DNA of 62,408 nucleotides, counting the filler, from Rhizaria sp. SCN 62-66 (lineage: Eukaryota): the NCBI GenBank assembly GCA_001724265.1. It is 4 parts of 4 records of this genome, joined end to end, with 100 filler letters (N's around TTAATTAATTAA, not from the genome) between each part and the next. Parts side by side here need not be neighbours in the genome. Positions count along the whole stretch, not along the records: positions 21,260 to 36,862 come from MEDY01000705.1; positions 36,963 to 56,308 come from MEDY01000706.1; 2 more parts are not named here. One strand, written 5' to 3'. The position numbers were made by a program, and so were the translations under genes. The notes beneath the pieces were generated by a model. That model saw nothing but the letters and a program-made list of their open reading frames with translations. It made no database searches and was not told where the DNA came from. How positions within the stretch are numbered: position 1 is the first letter of the stretch; each line of letters starts with the position of its first letter. This document shows positions 34,701 to 45,865 of the stretch, in pieces.

Positions 34701-36013
34701 GCCTCTGCGGCGGTCTGCGCGAGCGCGACGAGCTCCTGCTCCAGCGCGGCGTTGCGCGTTGTGAGCGCTGCCGTGTGTGCGCGCGCCACTGCCTCGGTCT
34801 GCCGCGCCGCGGCGAGCGCTGTGGCCAGCGCGGCGTGACGGGCGGCGGCGTTAGTCGAGGCCACGGTCAGCGCCGAGAGGTCGCGGGCCAGCGCGGCGAC
34901 GGCATCCTCGGTGCGCTGCGCTGTGGCGCTCTCGGTGTTCGTGGCGCGCGCGAGGGCCGCGAGCAGGGCTGCCGTGCGCGCGCGCGCGTGCTGCCGCGCG
35001 GCGGCGCCCGCGGTCACGCGCCGCTCGAGCTCACGCACGGACTTGAGCCGTCTTTGAGCGAGAGCAACGCAGCAGCAGTTGAGTAAGAAAGTAGAGTGAT
35101 ATCATGAGTGAGTGAGTGAGCGAGCGATTCACTACTTTGTCTTAAATCAAATTGTTTTGTTTGATCTCAAGCTGATTATGATGCTTAACATCGAGATTAG
35201 GTCAGAGAGAGCCACGCCAAGGTCATGTGATTTTGTTTCGCGAACTATTTACTCGTGATACGTACTCTTTGTTTTCTGCGTCGAGCGTCCTGACGTGCTC
35301 GCGGAGCCCGCGCACGCGGTCCTGGCGCTGCGCCGTCTCCCGCGCGGCACGCTCCTTGAGCCCCGCGAAGGCCTGCAACTCGCTCGCGGCGGCCTCGAAC
35401 CGGCGCGCGTGCTGCTCCATCACCGCAGTGGCGGCCTCGCTGGCGCGCACGTCGGCTGCGGTCACCGAGAGCCTTGAGGACTGCGTCTGCGCGTGCGCAA
35501 GCGCGAGGCTCTGTGCGCTGTATTGCGCGTGCTCTACCAGGGAACCCGCGGGGTACGCATGGCCGGCGTTGCTCATCGACATGGGAGCACTGCTTCCATA
35601 GGGGCCGCTGCCAGCAGCTGCACCATTTCGACTTGCGGATTGCCACTGCGAGGCGCGGGGTGCACCGGTGGGCTGAAATTAGGGGGGGAAAGAACGAATT
35701 TATGTGAGCACGGGGCGATCAAGTGCGTTTGCGATGCGTGCGAAGTTGCGAGCGAGGGTTCGTGGGAGACGTACCAGACGCGGGTAGTAGCCGTCGACAC
35801 TCCGTGGAGTGGAAGGCATTGGTGCCTGCGTAAACGAAGTCGGAAAGTTAAGTTGCGATGAGAGCCTTGTTTACATTGAAAAAGTGAGAGAGCTGACATA
35901 TGCGCGTGGAGAGTAGGACGTACCATTTGCGTTTGAACGGCAGCGAGCGCTCGCTGCTGGCGCGGAACCATCGCGTTCGCGGCTTCGCTGCCTCGTACAT
36001 GCCCGTATTGCAT
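31589..36013 (-). CDS. Four-exon coiled-coil protein with polyQ/disordered C-terminus (exons 36013-35924, 35825-35775, 35672-35266, 35051-31589)
   Basis: Three introns each begin GTACGT and end in pyrimidine-rich ...AG. Splicing joins all exons in frame into ORF 31589..35038. Ends in TGA. A further upstream exon is possible. Confidence 0.75.
31664..31720 (-). repeat. (CAG)n microsatellite encoding polyglutamine
   Basis: Long uninterrupted TGC run on the + strand inside the CDS. Confidence 0.9.
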
Positions 36014-36567
36014 GCTAGAGGAGAAATAAATAAAGAGATAGTACGATTGTGAGCCATTATTTAATACGAGTCTTACTCTTGGCGGCGCGGAATGTGGGCA
36101 ACTGACTCTTGAGTGTTCGTTGTCGTCAGGGGGCGGGCGCAGCAAACTTGTGCAACTTGAAAAATAATGCGAACAATCCAATTGACGTCCTGGTGAAGAC
36201 AGTCAATGTGTCTAGCTGTTTGGACAATACGGTGAGATCGGTGAATATTATTTTATATAAGTGACAGCTGTTTGAAGCGAGAAAATCCACAGACGCATAT
36301 TGTGTTAAATGTGGATTTGGGAAACTTAGCAATCCACTTTGGAGCGGCCGCGGGTGTGAAATTGATGCTTTGAGGGCATAAACGAATAACTATGTATGTA
36401 TTGATTGAAAGCGTGCACAGTCGAGGTGGTGACAACACTCGCTCGATAATAACAACGCACGAAGTTAATAAATATCCTCTCCTCGCTCTCGCTCTCTCGC
36501 CTGGATTCGTCCGTGGCCTGATTCGGTGTCAAGACGCGGACGAGCGCAGTGTGTCCTAAGTCACCCC

Positions 36568-36862
36568 TCACTTGGTCCAGGTGATCTTGCGAGTCTTGAG
36601 AACAGAGAAGCGGAGGCGCTTCCAGTAGCCGGCGGCGAGTAGGCCCATGAGGCACACGCCGAGGGTCTTGACGCCCATGCGCTTGCGGTCGTCCGTCTCG
36701 GGCTCCGACACCCAGCCGAGGAAGGCGGAGACGTCCTTGGCCATCTGGGAAACGGTCGCGGGAGTGCCGTCCTCGTACTCGATCTGGCCGTCAGAGAGCG
36801 GGGGCGCCATGCCCATGGTGCCGCCGGGGAAGTAGGGGTTGAAGTGGAGGCCCGCGCGGACG
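36568..36862 (-). CDS. CYC1: Cytochrome c1 (complex III), C-terminal fragment
   Basis: [57 protein letters not shown] followed by the TM helix. Ends in TGA. 5'-truncated by the spacer. Confidence 0.95.
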
Positions 36863-36962
36863 NNNNNNNNNNNNNNNNNNNNNNNNNNNNNNNNNNNNNN
36901 NNNNNNTTAATTAATTAANNNNNNNNNNNNNNNNNNNNNNNNNNNNNNNNNNNNNNNNNNNN
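36863..36962. other. Artificial contig spacer
   Basis: N44-TTAATTAATTAA-N44. Confidence 0.97.
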
Positions 36963-37680
36963 TGAGTCAAGGATCTTGTCCACTAATTTTATATTTTCAT
37001 GGATATTTGAGAAAAATAATTTCAAAAAGTGATGATCAAAATTAAAAAAGTGATGATCAAAATTAAAAAAGTGATGATCAAAATTAAATTGATATTTCTT
37101 TCACATTAGTGGATATAAGTCTTGATTTTTATATGTTTCAGGGGAATCAGAACATCTAAAAAACAAAACCCAAATTTGGGTTTGGGTTTCTATACCCTTT
37201 GGGTTTGGGTTTGGGGTTTGAATTTGGGTTTCTAAATGAATAGCAAAAGTGAATTTATTTATTGCAAAATATCACATTTGGGTTTCTATACCCTTTGGGT
37301 TTGGGTTTGGGTTTGGGTTTGGGTTTCTAAATGAATAGCAAAAGTGAATTTATTTATTGTAAAATATGACGTTTTGTTTATACTTTTTGGATTTGGGTTT
37401 CTATACCCTTTGGGTTTGTGTTTTTAAAATGCTCTGATGACTCTGAGACATATAAAAATCAAGATTTGTGTCCACTAATGTAAAGAAAATATCATCTATT
37501 TTTTGATCATCACTTTTGAGTTTGGTTTTTAAGATGCTCTGATGGCCCTGAAACATATAAAAGTAGTACATGAGTCAAGGATCTTGTCCACTAATATAGA
37601 ATAATATCAGTTTAATGGTGATCATCACTTTTTTGATCATCACTTTTTTGATCATCACTTTTTTAATCATCACTTTTAGG
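36963..37680. repeat. rDNA spacer: imperfect inverted repeat enclosing TTTGGG tracts, plus AAAAAAGTGATGATC repeats in both orientations
   Basis: ~37090-37160 is the approximate reverse complement of ~37420-37495. TTTGGG runs span 37174-37410. TGAGTCAAGGATCTTGTCCACTAAT recurs at 36963 and 37571. Confidence 0.8.
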
Positions 37681-37814
37681 CTGAAAATCAAAACAGTAAC
37701 GTACGTGAATTTGGATCCAGGGAAATGCGAGATGCTGGGAGACTTTCCTGGAGATTGAATATCAATATGGCCCGGGGACGTACTTGAATCCAGTAGCCTA
37801 GGTTTTATCAAAAA

Positions 37815-39315
37815 TTAAAATTAGGCATACAACGGTCTTCTAATCATGCGAAAAAGATATTCCTCGGGCCCGTATCTCGCAGCGACCCCCACGACTGTCG
37901 GGTATATCAAAATTAAAATTAGGCATACGAGGGTCTTCTAATCATGCGAAAAAGATATCCCCCGAGCCCGTATCTCGATTCTAGGGTATATCAAAAAAAA
38001 ATTAGGCATACAACGGTCTTCTAATCATGCGAAAAAGATATTCCCCAAGCCCGTATCTCGAAGCGACACTCTCCCTTTACCGCTGGGTCATTTAGACACA
38101 ACATTAGGCATACGACGGTCTTCTAATCATGCGAAAAAGATATTCCCCGAGCCCGTATCTCGATTCCAGGGTATATCAAAAAAGAAGCGACCCCCCCCCT
38201 TTACCGCTGGGTCATTTAGACACAATATTAAGTACACAACGGTCTTCTATGCATATAAAAAGATATCCCCCGAGCCCGTATCTCGCAGTGATTCCCTTTT
38301 TTTTGCCGGGTCATTTAGACACAACATTAGGCATACGACGGTCTTCTAATCATGCGAAAAAGATATTCCCCGAGCCCGTATCTCGATTCCAGGGTATATC
38401 AAAAAACATACAACGGTCTTCTAATCATGCGAAAAAGATATCTCCCGAGCCCGTATCTCGAGGTGAAATTTTTAGGCAGAAACGCTAAACAGTGGCCCGA
38501 CGGCGCCTAACTAAAGTATATCAATTATTTTCTGCCTAAAAGTTCGATCCCCTGGACCAAAAAGCAAAAAAAAAAAAAAAATTTTTTTTTTTTTTTTTTT
38601 GATTTGCTGTATCACGCGACGCGCGTACGCGCGCGTGATACAGAAATTTTTTTAAATTTAACTTTATTTTTTAGTACCTTACTTTTTCTAATTCTTCGTT
38701 ATTTTAGAGCCATTTGGCTCTATCTCAAAAAAAGGTAAAAAATCGAAAAAATTCCCTCACTTTGCCGCTGGATCATTTAGACACAACATTAGACATACGA
38801 CGGTCTTCTAATCATACGAAAAAGATATCTCCCACGGGGCCGTATTTTTAAATAATCCCCCTTGCCGCTGGGTCATTTAGACACAACATTAGGCATACGA
38901 CAGTCTTCTATTCATGCGAAAAAGATACCCCCCGAGCCCGTATCTCGCAGCGACCCCCTTTTTACCGCTGGGTCATTTAGACACAACATTAGGCATACGA
39001 CGGTCTTCTATTCATGCGAAAAAGATATCCCCCGAGCCCGTATCTCGCAGCGACCCCCCTGCTGCCCCGCCTGCTGCCGGGTATATCAAAATTAATATTA
39101 GGCATACGACGGTCTTCTAATCATGCGAAAAAGATATCTCCCGAGCCCGTATCTCGCAGCGACNNNNNNNNNNNNNNNNNNNNNNNNNNNNNNNNNNNNN
39201 NNNNNNNNNNNNNNTGCTGCCCCCCTGCTGCCGGGTATATCAAAATTAATATTAGGCATACGACGGTCTTCTAATCATGCGAAAAAGATATCTCCCGAGC
39301 CCGTATCTCGAAGCG
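37815..39315 (+). repeat. rDNA spacer array of ~12 copies of a ~60-nt core at 80-125 nt period
   Basis: TTAGGCATACGACGGTCTTCTAATCATGCGAAAAAGATATYCCCGAGCCCGTATCTCG is repeated. The array is interrupted at ~38460-38760 and by an N gap at 39164-39214. Confidence 0.9.
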
Positions 39316-39894
39316 ACTCCCTACGGGTAGAGAATCCTAAACTTCGTCGTAGGTGATTATAACCATGAAATTCCGGGATATGGACTGCCTAAAAGTTTGA
39401 TCCCCTGATGCCAAAAGGTAATCCGAGCTTGGTCCAATTAGAAGGAAATCCTAAACTTCGTCAGAGTTGATGATGATTGCGAAATTCCGTGGTATGGACT
39501 GCCTAAAAGTTTAATCCCCTGATGCCAAAAGGTAAAATAAAAAAAAAAACTCAAGGGTATATCAAAAATTCATGTTAGTGGATAAGGGTCGCCTAATAAA
39601 TCAAAATATGATACCCATTTGTCCATCAGACAAACTTTTTTTGGAAAAAAAAGTGTATAGTTCCATTTCGACATACCAGGAAGATTCTTCTAGGAAAGTA
39701 TACCACTTAAGTACTAAATTTTATAGTTAGAAGAAAATGTAGGATTTGTAATCCCGGAAATCACCCCTAGGGTCCCGGTGGGGGGGCCGGTGCGGGGTGC
39801 GGCCGTGCCGGGTGGGACCCACACCGCACCGATAACGCTGGCATGCCGTTATCGTCGAGGCCCATACCCCTACGCGCGGGCGCGCGCGGGGGGC

Positions 39895-40940
39895 CTCATC
39901 ATCAAAAAAGTGATGATCAAAAAAGTGATGATCACATGGTGGGTGGCGACCACCGCAGGCCGGGTGCAGGAGGGGCACGCCGCGCAGACCCGGTTGCCCC
40001 CGGGCGAAAAAAGTGATGATCAAATGGTGGCTTGAGCAACCACCGCAGGTAGGTAGGACCTGCAGGCAGGAGGGGGCACGCCGCGCAGACACGGTTGCCC
40101 CCGGGCGAAAAAATGATGATCAAAAAAGTGATGATCAAAAAAGTGATGATCACATGGTGGGTGGTGACCACCGCAGGCTGGGTGCAGGAGGGGCACGCCG
40201 CGCAGACCCGGTTGCCCCCGGGGGAAAAAAGTGATGATCAAATGGTGGCTTGAGCAACCACCACAGAGGCAGACACGGCTGCCCCAGAGAAAAAAGTGAT
40301 GATCAAAAAAGTGATGATGGTTTGGTGGCTTGAGCAACCACCGCAGGCAGGCAGGACGGGCACCCGGAGAGGGGGTAAGACCCGCATGAAAGGTGCGCCG
40401 CGCATACACGGCTGCCCCAGAGAAAAAAGTGATGATCAAAAAAGTGATGATCAAATGGTGGCTTGAGCAACCACCACAGAGGCAGACACGGCTGCCCCAG
40501 AGAAAAAAGTGATGATCAAAAAAATGATGATCAAATGGTGGCTTGAGCAACCACCGCAGGCCAGTCTAATTAGCTTGGACACCTAATTAACTGGACCTGA
40601 AGGGGAAAAAATGAAAAAAGGATGGAAAAAGGATGGAAAAACGATCATGAAATGGTGGCCTGGGCAACCACCGCAGGCGGCACCCAACGGACAGGGGTAA
40701 GACCGATCTGCATATGAAATAGGGGAAAAAATGAAGAAAGGATGGAAAAACGATCATGAAATGGTGGCCTGGGCAACCACCGCAGGCGGCACCCAACGGA
40801 CAGGGGTAAGACCGATCTGCATGAAATAGGGGAAAAAATGAAAGAAGGGTGAAAAAAGGATCATGAAATGGTGGCTTGGGCAACCACCGCAGGCCAGTCT
40901 AATTAGCTTGGACACCTAATTAGGCTGGACCTGAAGGCAG
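39895..40940 (+). repeat. rDNA spacer/ETS repeats (GC-rich hairpin unit plus AAAAAAGTGATGATC)
   Basis: ATGGTGGCTTGAGCAACCACCGCAGG and variants are repeated about 10 times. Confidence 0.85.
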
Positions 40941-40969
40941 GAGGAAAGGAGAGAAGGGTGAAGGAATAG

Positions 40970-41280
40970 AGATCATTTAAACATTTTCCCATGAAACCAA
41001 GTCCGGTAGCCGATTAGCGGCCTGGCAACAAAGTGATTCTGAAAGAAGTGTATGAAAGCACTAATTTCTTGATCATTTAAACATTTTTTTCCATGAAACC
41101 AAGTCCGGTAGCCGATTAGCGGCCTGGCAAACGTTAGAGAGCGAAACTGATGCATAAAAGCACTAGTTTCTTGATCATTTAAACATTTTTCCATGAAACC
41201 AAGTCCGGTAGCCGATTAGCGGCCTGGCAACAAAGTGATTCTGAAAGAAGTGTATGAAAGCACTAATTTCTTGATCATAA
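40970..41280 (+). repeat. Three ~100-nt tandem repeats just upstream of the SSU gene (candidate Pol I promoter/ETS elements)
   Basis: GATCATTTAAACATTTT..CCATGAAACCAAGTCCGGTAGCCGATTAGCGGCCTGGCAA occurs three times. Function is inferred from position only. Confidence 0.75.
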
Positions 41281-42007
41281 ACAAATATTGATGTATAAAC
41301 GAGGAAATTTTACGAGAAAGATAGAGAAACAATTAAACGAATACGAGGTTGTATAAAAGAGAGAAATCTCTTTTTTAAAAGAAAAAAAGTGAATATATAT
41401 ATATATATATGTTCATAAAATACCTGGTTGATCCTGCCAGTAGTCATATGCTTGTCTCAAAGATTAAGCCATGCACGTGTAAGATCGTTCAGCGGGGCAA
41501 CCCGAAACAAAATAATCTGCGGATGGCTCATTATAACAGTTATAAACTTGGCTACCAGCTTTATCCTTAAACGGATAACACCGTCAAATGCGGTGATAAT
41601 ACGTGTCCCGAAAGAACCCGAAAGGTTCAGACGAAATGGATGTCGGAAGGACTTCATTTCTGCAATACGTTTTTGTTTCCTCGGAAACGAAGGGTATGTG
41701 GACTACTATTCTAGTAGCCTGGAAGAGGTATTTCTTACTTATCAGGTACGTTGTTTCAGTAAGGGTGAAACAAGCCAATTACGAGTACGGCGAATCAGTG
41801 TTCGATTCCGGAGAGGGAGCCTGAGAAATGGCTACTACATCTAAGGATGGCAGCAGGCGCGAAAATTACCCAATACAGAGTTTGTGAGGTAGTGACAAGA
41901 TATAACGACCTTCTATCATTTGATGGAAGGGTACCGTGTTAAAAAGCGGTTTGGAATGATTCTAGTTTAAACGTCTATTAGAGTAACAATTGGAGGACAA
42001 GTCTGGT

Positions 42008-43012
42008 TGCATTATTGGTAAGCCAGATGTCAAATACACACAACAAATCAGGTCTTGAATACATTAAAGTTTACTACATGTCGGACGAAGAAGCTTTCTA
42101 TCATCACAATACGATGGAAAATCAGGTGGAGCAGAGAGATATAATTGGTTGTTGCATACGCGAAGATTCACGTTGTTGGTATGTGAAATCGCAGAAGGGT
42201 AGATATACATCACCAGGATCTAAAAACCAAACCTGTTTTGGTTATCAACTGGCTGCGCGGAAGAAATACGGCAACCAAGCGATTCGGGCACACAAACAAT
42301 CGATGAGAGATATGATGATATCTCATTTGTGTGGTGCTCCAGGATCAAGATGTGTAAACCCAGATCACCTCGTTATTGAGGAAAAGAAAGTTAATGATGA
42401 ACGGGTTCACTGCCACTTCTTCATGAACAAAATCATGAAACAATGGAAAAATCCAACAGCAAAGAAGCACTTTGTGACCAATATAAAGATTCTCTTGAAC
42501 GACTTTGTAGATAAATACTGTCCACATGAACCAAAATGTGGATCCGTTAGCAAGTAAATGTGTATCTTGGCAGAAAGTCAGATATGAGCACTGACTGTAC
42601 TACTGTAAATTGCGGGAAAACCCTCGTAAGCTCTAGTATACCGCGGTCACACAAGCAATTGGTGATGCAGCAGATAATATAACGATTATCGGATGGTAAT
42701 AAGTACTAGAGAAGGAGTTGTGGCTCCACACAACTGTAACCCGGGGACAATCCGCAGCCAAGCCTCTTTCCTGATTGATTATGATGATCATAATCATGAT
42801 CATCACCATCATAAGAAAAAAAAGGGAAAGAGGAAGGTTCAGAGACTATAATCAGTTGGGGGAGTCAAAAAGAAAGAGACTTCTTAAGGTATAGTCCACA
42901 CCCACCAGAAATGGTGCAATCATTCTATTAAGAGTTGTGCTCAACTCCTAGGGATTGATTTTGACTCTAGAACTAGCTGAGGAAATGCTGCTAGTTATGA
43001 GTGGTAATTTGG
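42008..43012 (+). mobile_element. Group I (IC1) intron at S516 with homing endonuclease gene
   Basis: Exons GTCTGGT^GCCAGC, terminal G, and core elements AAATTGCGGG, AATCCGCAGC, CAGAGACTA and TAAGGTATAGTCC. Confidence 0.95.
42027..42557 (+). CDS. His-Cys box homing endonuclease (S516), 176 aa
   Basis: SHLCGAPGSRCVNPDHLVIEEKKVNDERVHCH...CPHEPKC, resembling the Naegleria S516 endonuclease family. Confidence 0.92.
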   Translation: MSNTHNKSGLEYIKVYYMSDEEAFYHHNTMENQVEQRDIIGCCIREDSRCWYVKSQKGRYTSPGSKNQTCFGYQLAARKKYGNQAIRAHKQSMRDMMISHLCGAPGSRCVNPDHLVIEEKKVNDERVHCHFFMNKIMKQWKNPTAKKHFVTNIKILLNDFVDKYCPHEPKCGSVSK

Positions 43013-43025
43013 GCCAGCACCCGCG

Positions 43026-43477
43026 AAAACCATGCTGGAATCCGCGGAGCAGCAGGAAAAAACCTGAAGTGCTTAATAAACTGCTAAACATCATCAAATT
43101 GCTGGAAGTCCCTAAAGCTGTTTGGTACCGTCCTAACGCCGAAAGGAGAAGTTAGTGACACCATAATGAAAGTTGTGGGTGTGGTGATAATCTAAACAGA
43201 TGTTTCCTTATTGCACATTGAAACGCAATGGGTAATCAGCAGCCAAGTCCTAAAGCAGGCTTCCCTCTTGTTTACTATAAACAAGGGCCTGATATGGATG
43301 CAGTTCACAGACTAAATGGTGGTGGGTCGTTGATGAAATGAGTAGCTAAAATGATAATGCGAAAACGGAAGCGGCTTAAGATATAGTCGGTCCTGCTAGG
43401 AAACTAGTGGGGGTTCGTAACCAATATTTTGTACAAAAAAATTAGTCAAAAGAATGATTATAATATTGGTTATAACG
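43026..43477 (+). ncRNA. Group I (IC1) intron at S529
   Basis: Exons CCCGCG^GTAATTCC. P1 CCGCG/CGCGG, P10 GCTGGAAT/ATTCCAGC, and core CACAGACTAAAT and TAAGATATAGTC. Confidence 0.93.
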
Positions 43478-44119
43478 GTAATTCCAGCTCCAAAAGCATA
43501 TACTAAAATTGCTGTAGTTAAAACGCTCGTAGTTGATAAAAGGTATTATTAATCGGAGCCTGTTTAGTTTCATCTATGTATATTGGCTATTCCAAGTCTT
43601 TATATGTTTAAAAATGGTATTCGTTTCCCAAAGAGACGAGTATTAGGGGGCTAAGCCATTTGGCGTATTAAAACCTTTTTTAAGGTGTCAGTCTTCTTCC
43701 ACCTTTTAAAAGGGCGTAGGCTTGATTAATGATTGCCGTTGAAAACCGTGAACAAATTAGTGTGTTTCAAACAAGCAGCGTGAAATCGATATCATTTTGG
43801 TAACGATTTTGAGTTTGAATAATTTAGCATGGTACTTTACGACTTTCTTTTGCAAAAAAGGAAGAATAAAATAGAAGGGATAGAGGACTCTGGTATTGCG
43901 CGTCTAGAGGTGAAATTCCGATATTTTCGCAAGACGAACGGAGGCGTAAGCGGTCGAGTCCATCGTGTCTTCATTGATCAGGAACGAGAGTCAGGGGATC
44001 GAAGATGATTAGATACCGTCGTAGTCCTGACTGTAAACGATGCCAACTCAAGTTCAGGTATGAAACATATAAATTGATCTTCTTGGAATTGACGGGAAAC
44101 CATTAAGTTATTGGGTTCT

Positions 44120-44167
<48 letters not shown>

Positions 44168-44194
44168 ACACCACCAGGAGTGGAGTTTGCGGCT

Positions 44195-44653
44195 TTTGTT
44201 GTATTGACTTAGGCCGAAATTGTTACAATAAAAGTTGTAGCAAGTCCATAGTGACTAAAATGCTAGCGTCACTATTGGGCAACACCGTCCAATTGCTCGA
44301 AGGTCCTGTTAGGCAATAACTACCGTCCTAGTGCCGAAAGGTCTAGCTAGTGACACCATAGGGAAACTTGTGGGTATGGTAAGAATGTTATTGATAGGGA
44401 TAATGAGCAGCCAAGTCCTTAGTTAGCAAGTTGCGCCCCAAAAGCAACTTTGGTAATATGGATGCAGTTCACAGACTAAATGGCGGTGCAACACACTAGT
44501 TTGTGTTGTAAGATATAGTCGGGCCCACTTGAAAAAGTGCTTCTATTAAAGTCTAAACTAGCAAGGTGTGATAGAAGAGGCTAAATATCTGAAGAGTTGT
44601 GGCAAGTGACAACTCTGAAAGATATATGTGTGTATATTAGCTGGGATAAACCG
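44195..44653 (+). ncRNA. Group I (IC1) intron at S956
   Basis: Exons GCGGCT^TAATTCGAC, IGS GGCCG, conserved core, terminal G. Confidence 0.93.
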
Positions 44654-44964
44654 TAATTCGACTCAACGCGGGAAAACTCACCAGGACAGGACAGTGTCGA
44701 GATTGACAGGTGAAAGAGTCCTTTCTTGATTCACTGGTTGGTGGTGCATGGTCGTTCTTAGTTCGTGGAGTGATCTGTCTACTTAATTGTGCCAACGAAC
44801 GAGACCTTGACCCTTAATTAGGTACCAACAATGATAGCAATATTATTGGGCTTTTCCTCGGAAAAGATTGGGTTACCGGGCTTCGAAAGAAGCTTTTACG
44901 CTTTAAGGGGACAAGACGAGGTCATATTTGACTTAGCGTAAGGAAGAGCAAGGCAATAACAGGT

Positions 44965-45515
44965 TAAAAGTGGAATATGTCAAGGAAAAGGGGACAATAT
45001 TCCTGGTATTCTTAGGTTGAATTAGATCAACCAAAAAAATAAATCATGAAAAAAATATTTATTTTTTTGTAATACCAAACAGGCCTGAGTAATTTGAAGA
45101 TGAATTACTAGTCGCTTCAACGTCTCTTTTGACGTATGTTGTGGCAACACCATCAAATTGCGGGAACCTCCTTAGAGCTTTCAATACCAAACATATCTTG
45201 AAAAAGAATATGTGGCCAAGGTAGCGCCTTGGGTACGGTAAAAAGTTGAAAGATTGGACAATCCGCAGCCAAGTCCTAAATCAGGCTTCTCTTTTTTAAG
45301 AATTCCTGACAAGGATGCAGTTCACAGACTAAATGTTGGTGGGTCGTTAATGAACAAAGTAGCTAAACAATAATGCGAACCGGGAAACGGCCTAAGATAT
45401 AGTCGAAGCCACCAAGAAATTGTGTGCTTAAGAGAGGAAGGTTTTATGGGTAATGCTTGACCGGAGAGCTCTTAAGGATAAAAGAAAGAGATATTTTTCT
45501 TTTATTGGGAACTTG
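44965..45515 (+). ncRNA. Group I (IC1) intron at S1199
   Basis: Exons AACAGGT^CTGTAATGCCC. The IGS ACAGGCCTG is at ~45080, after a ~115-nt P1 loop. Conserved core. Confidence 0.93.
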
Positions 45516-45721
45516 CTGTAATGCCCTTTAGATGCCCTGGGCGGCACGCGTACTACAATGTTATTTACAAGGAGCAAAAACAGTTTTTTCTGATCCAGCG
45601 CCTTAAAGGTGTAGGTAATCTGTAATAAGTAACAAGACTGGGATAGATGTTTGTAAATACATCTTGAACGAGGAATTCCTAGTAAGCGTAAGTCATCATC
45701 TTGCATTGATTACGTCCCTGT

Positions 45722-45754
<33 letters not shown>

Positions 45755-45865
45755 GGAATGTTGAAATGAACCTAATGGATAGGTGATATTAGTTGAATTT
45801 TGTCATTTGTAGGAAGGAGAAGTCGTAACAAGGTCTTCGTAGGTGAACCTGCGTAGGGATCATTC

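Larger units (their letters stand above)
41421..45865 (+). rRNA. 18S SSU rRNA, heterolobosean-like, 5 exons (~1980 nt spliced)
   Basis: Starts TACCTGGTTGATCCTGCCAG. Has the GCCAGCACCCGCGG variant. Ends GTCTTCGTAGGTGAACCTGCGTAGGGATCATT, as in Naegleria and relatives. Confidence 0.97.

Noticed and set aside
37815-39315. CRISPR-like array (conserved repeat with variable spacers)
   Set aside because: The repeats are ~60 nt and degenerate, the spacers reuse two modules instead of being unique, there are no cas genes, and the context is a eukaryotic rDNA spacer.
42008-43477. Twin-ribozyme (GIR1/lariat-capping) or nested intron at S516
   Set aside because: The second core belongs to a separate S529 intron. 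A 13-nt rRNA exon lies between the two, and each has its own P1 and terminal G.
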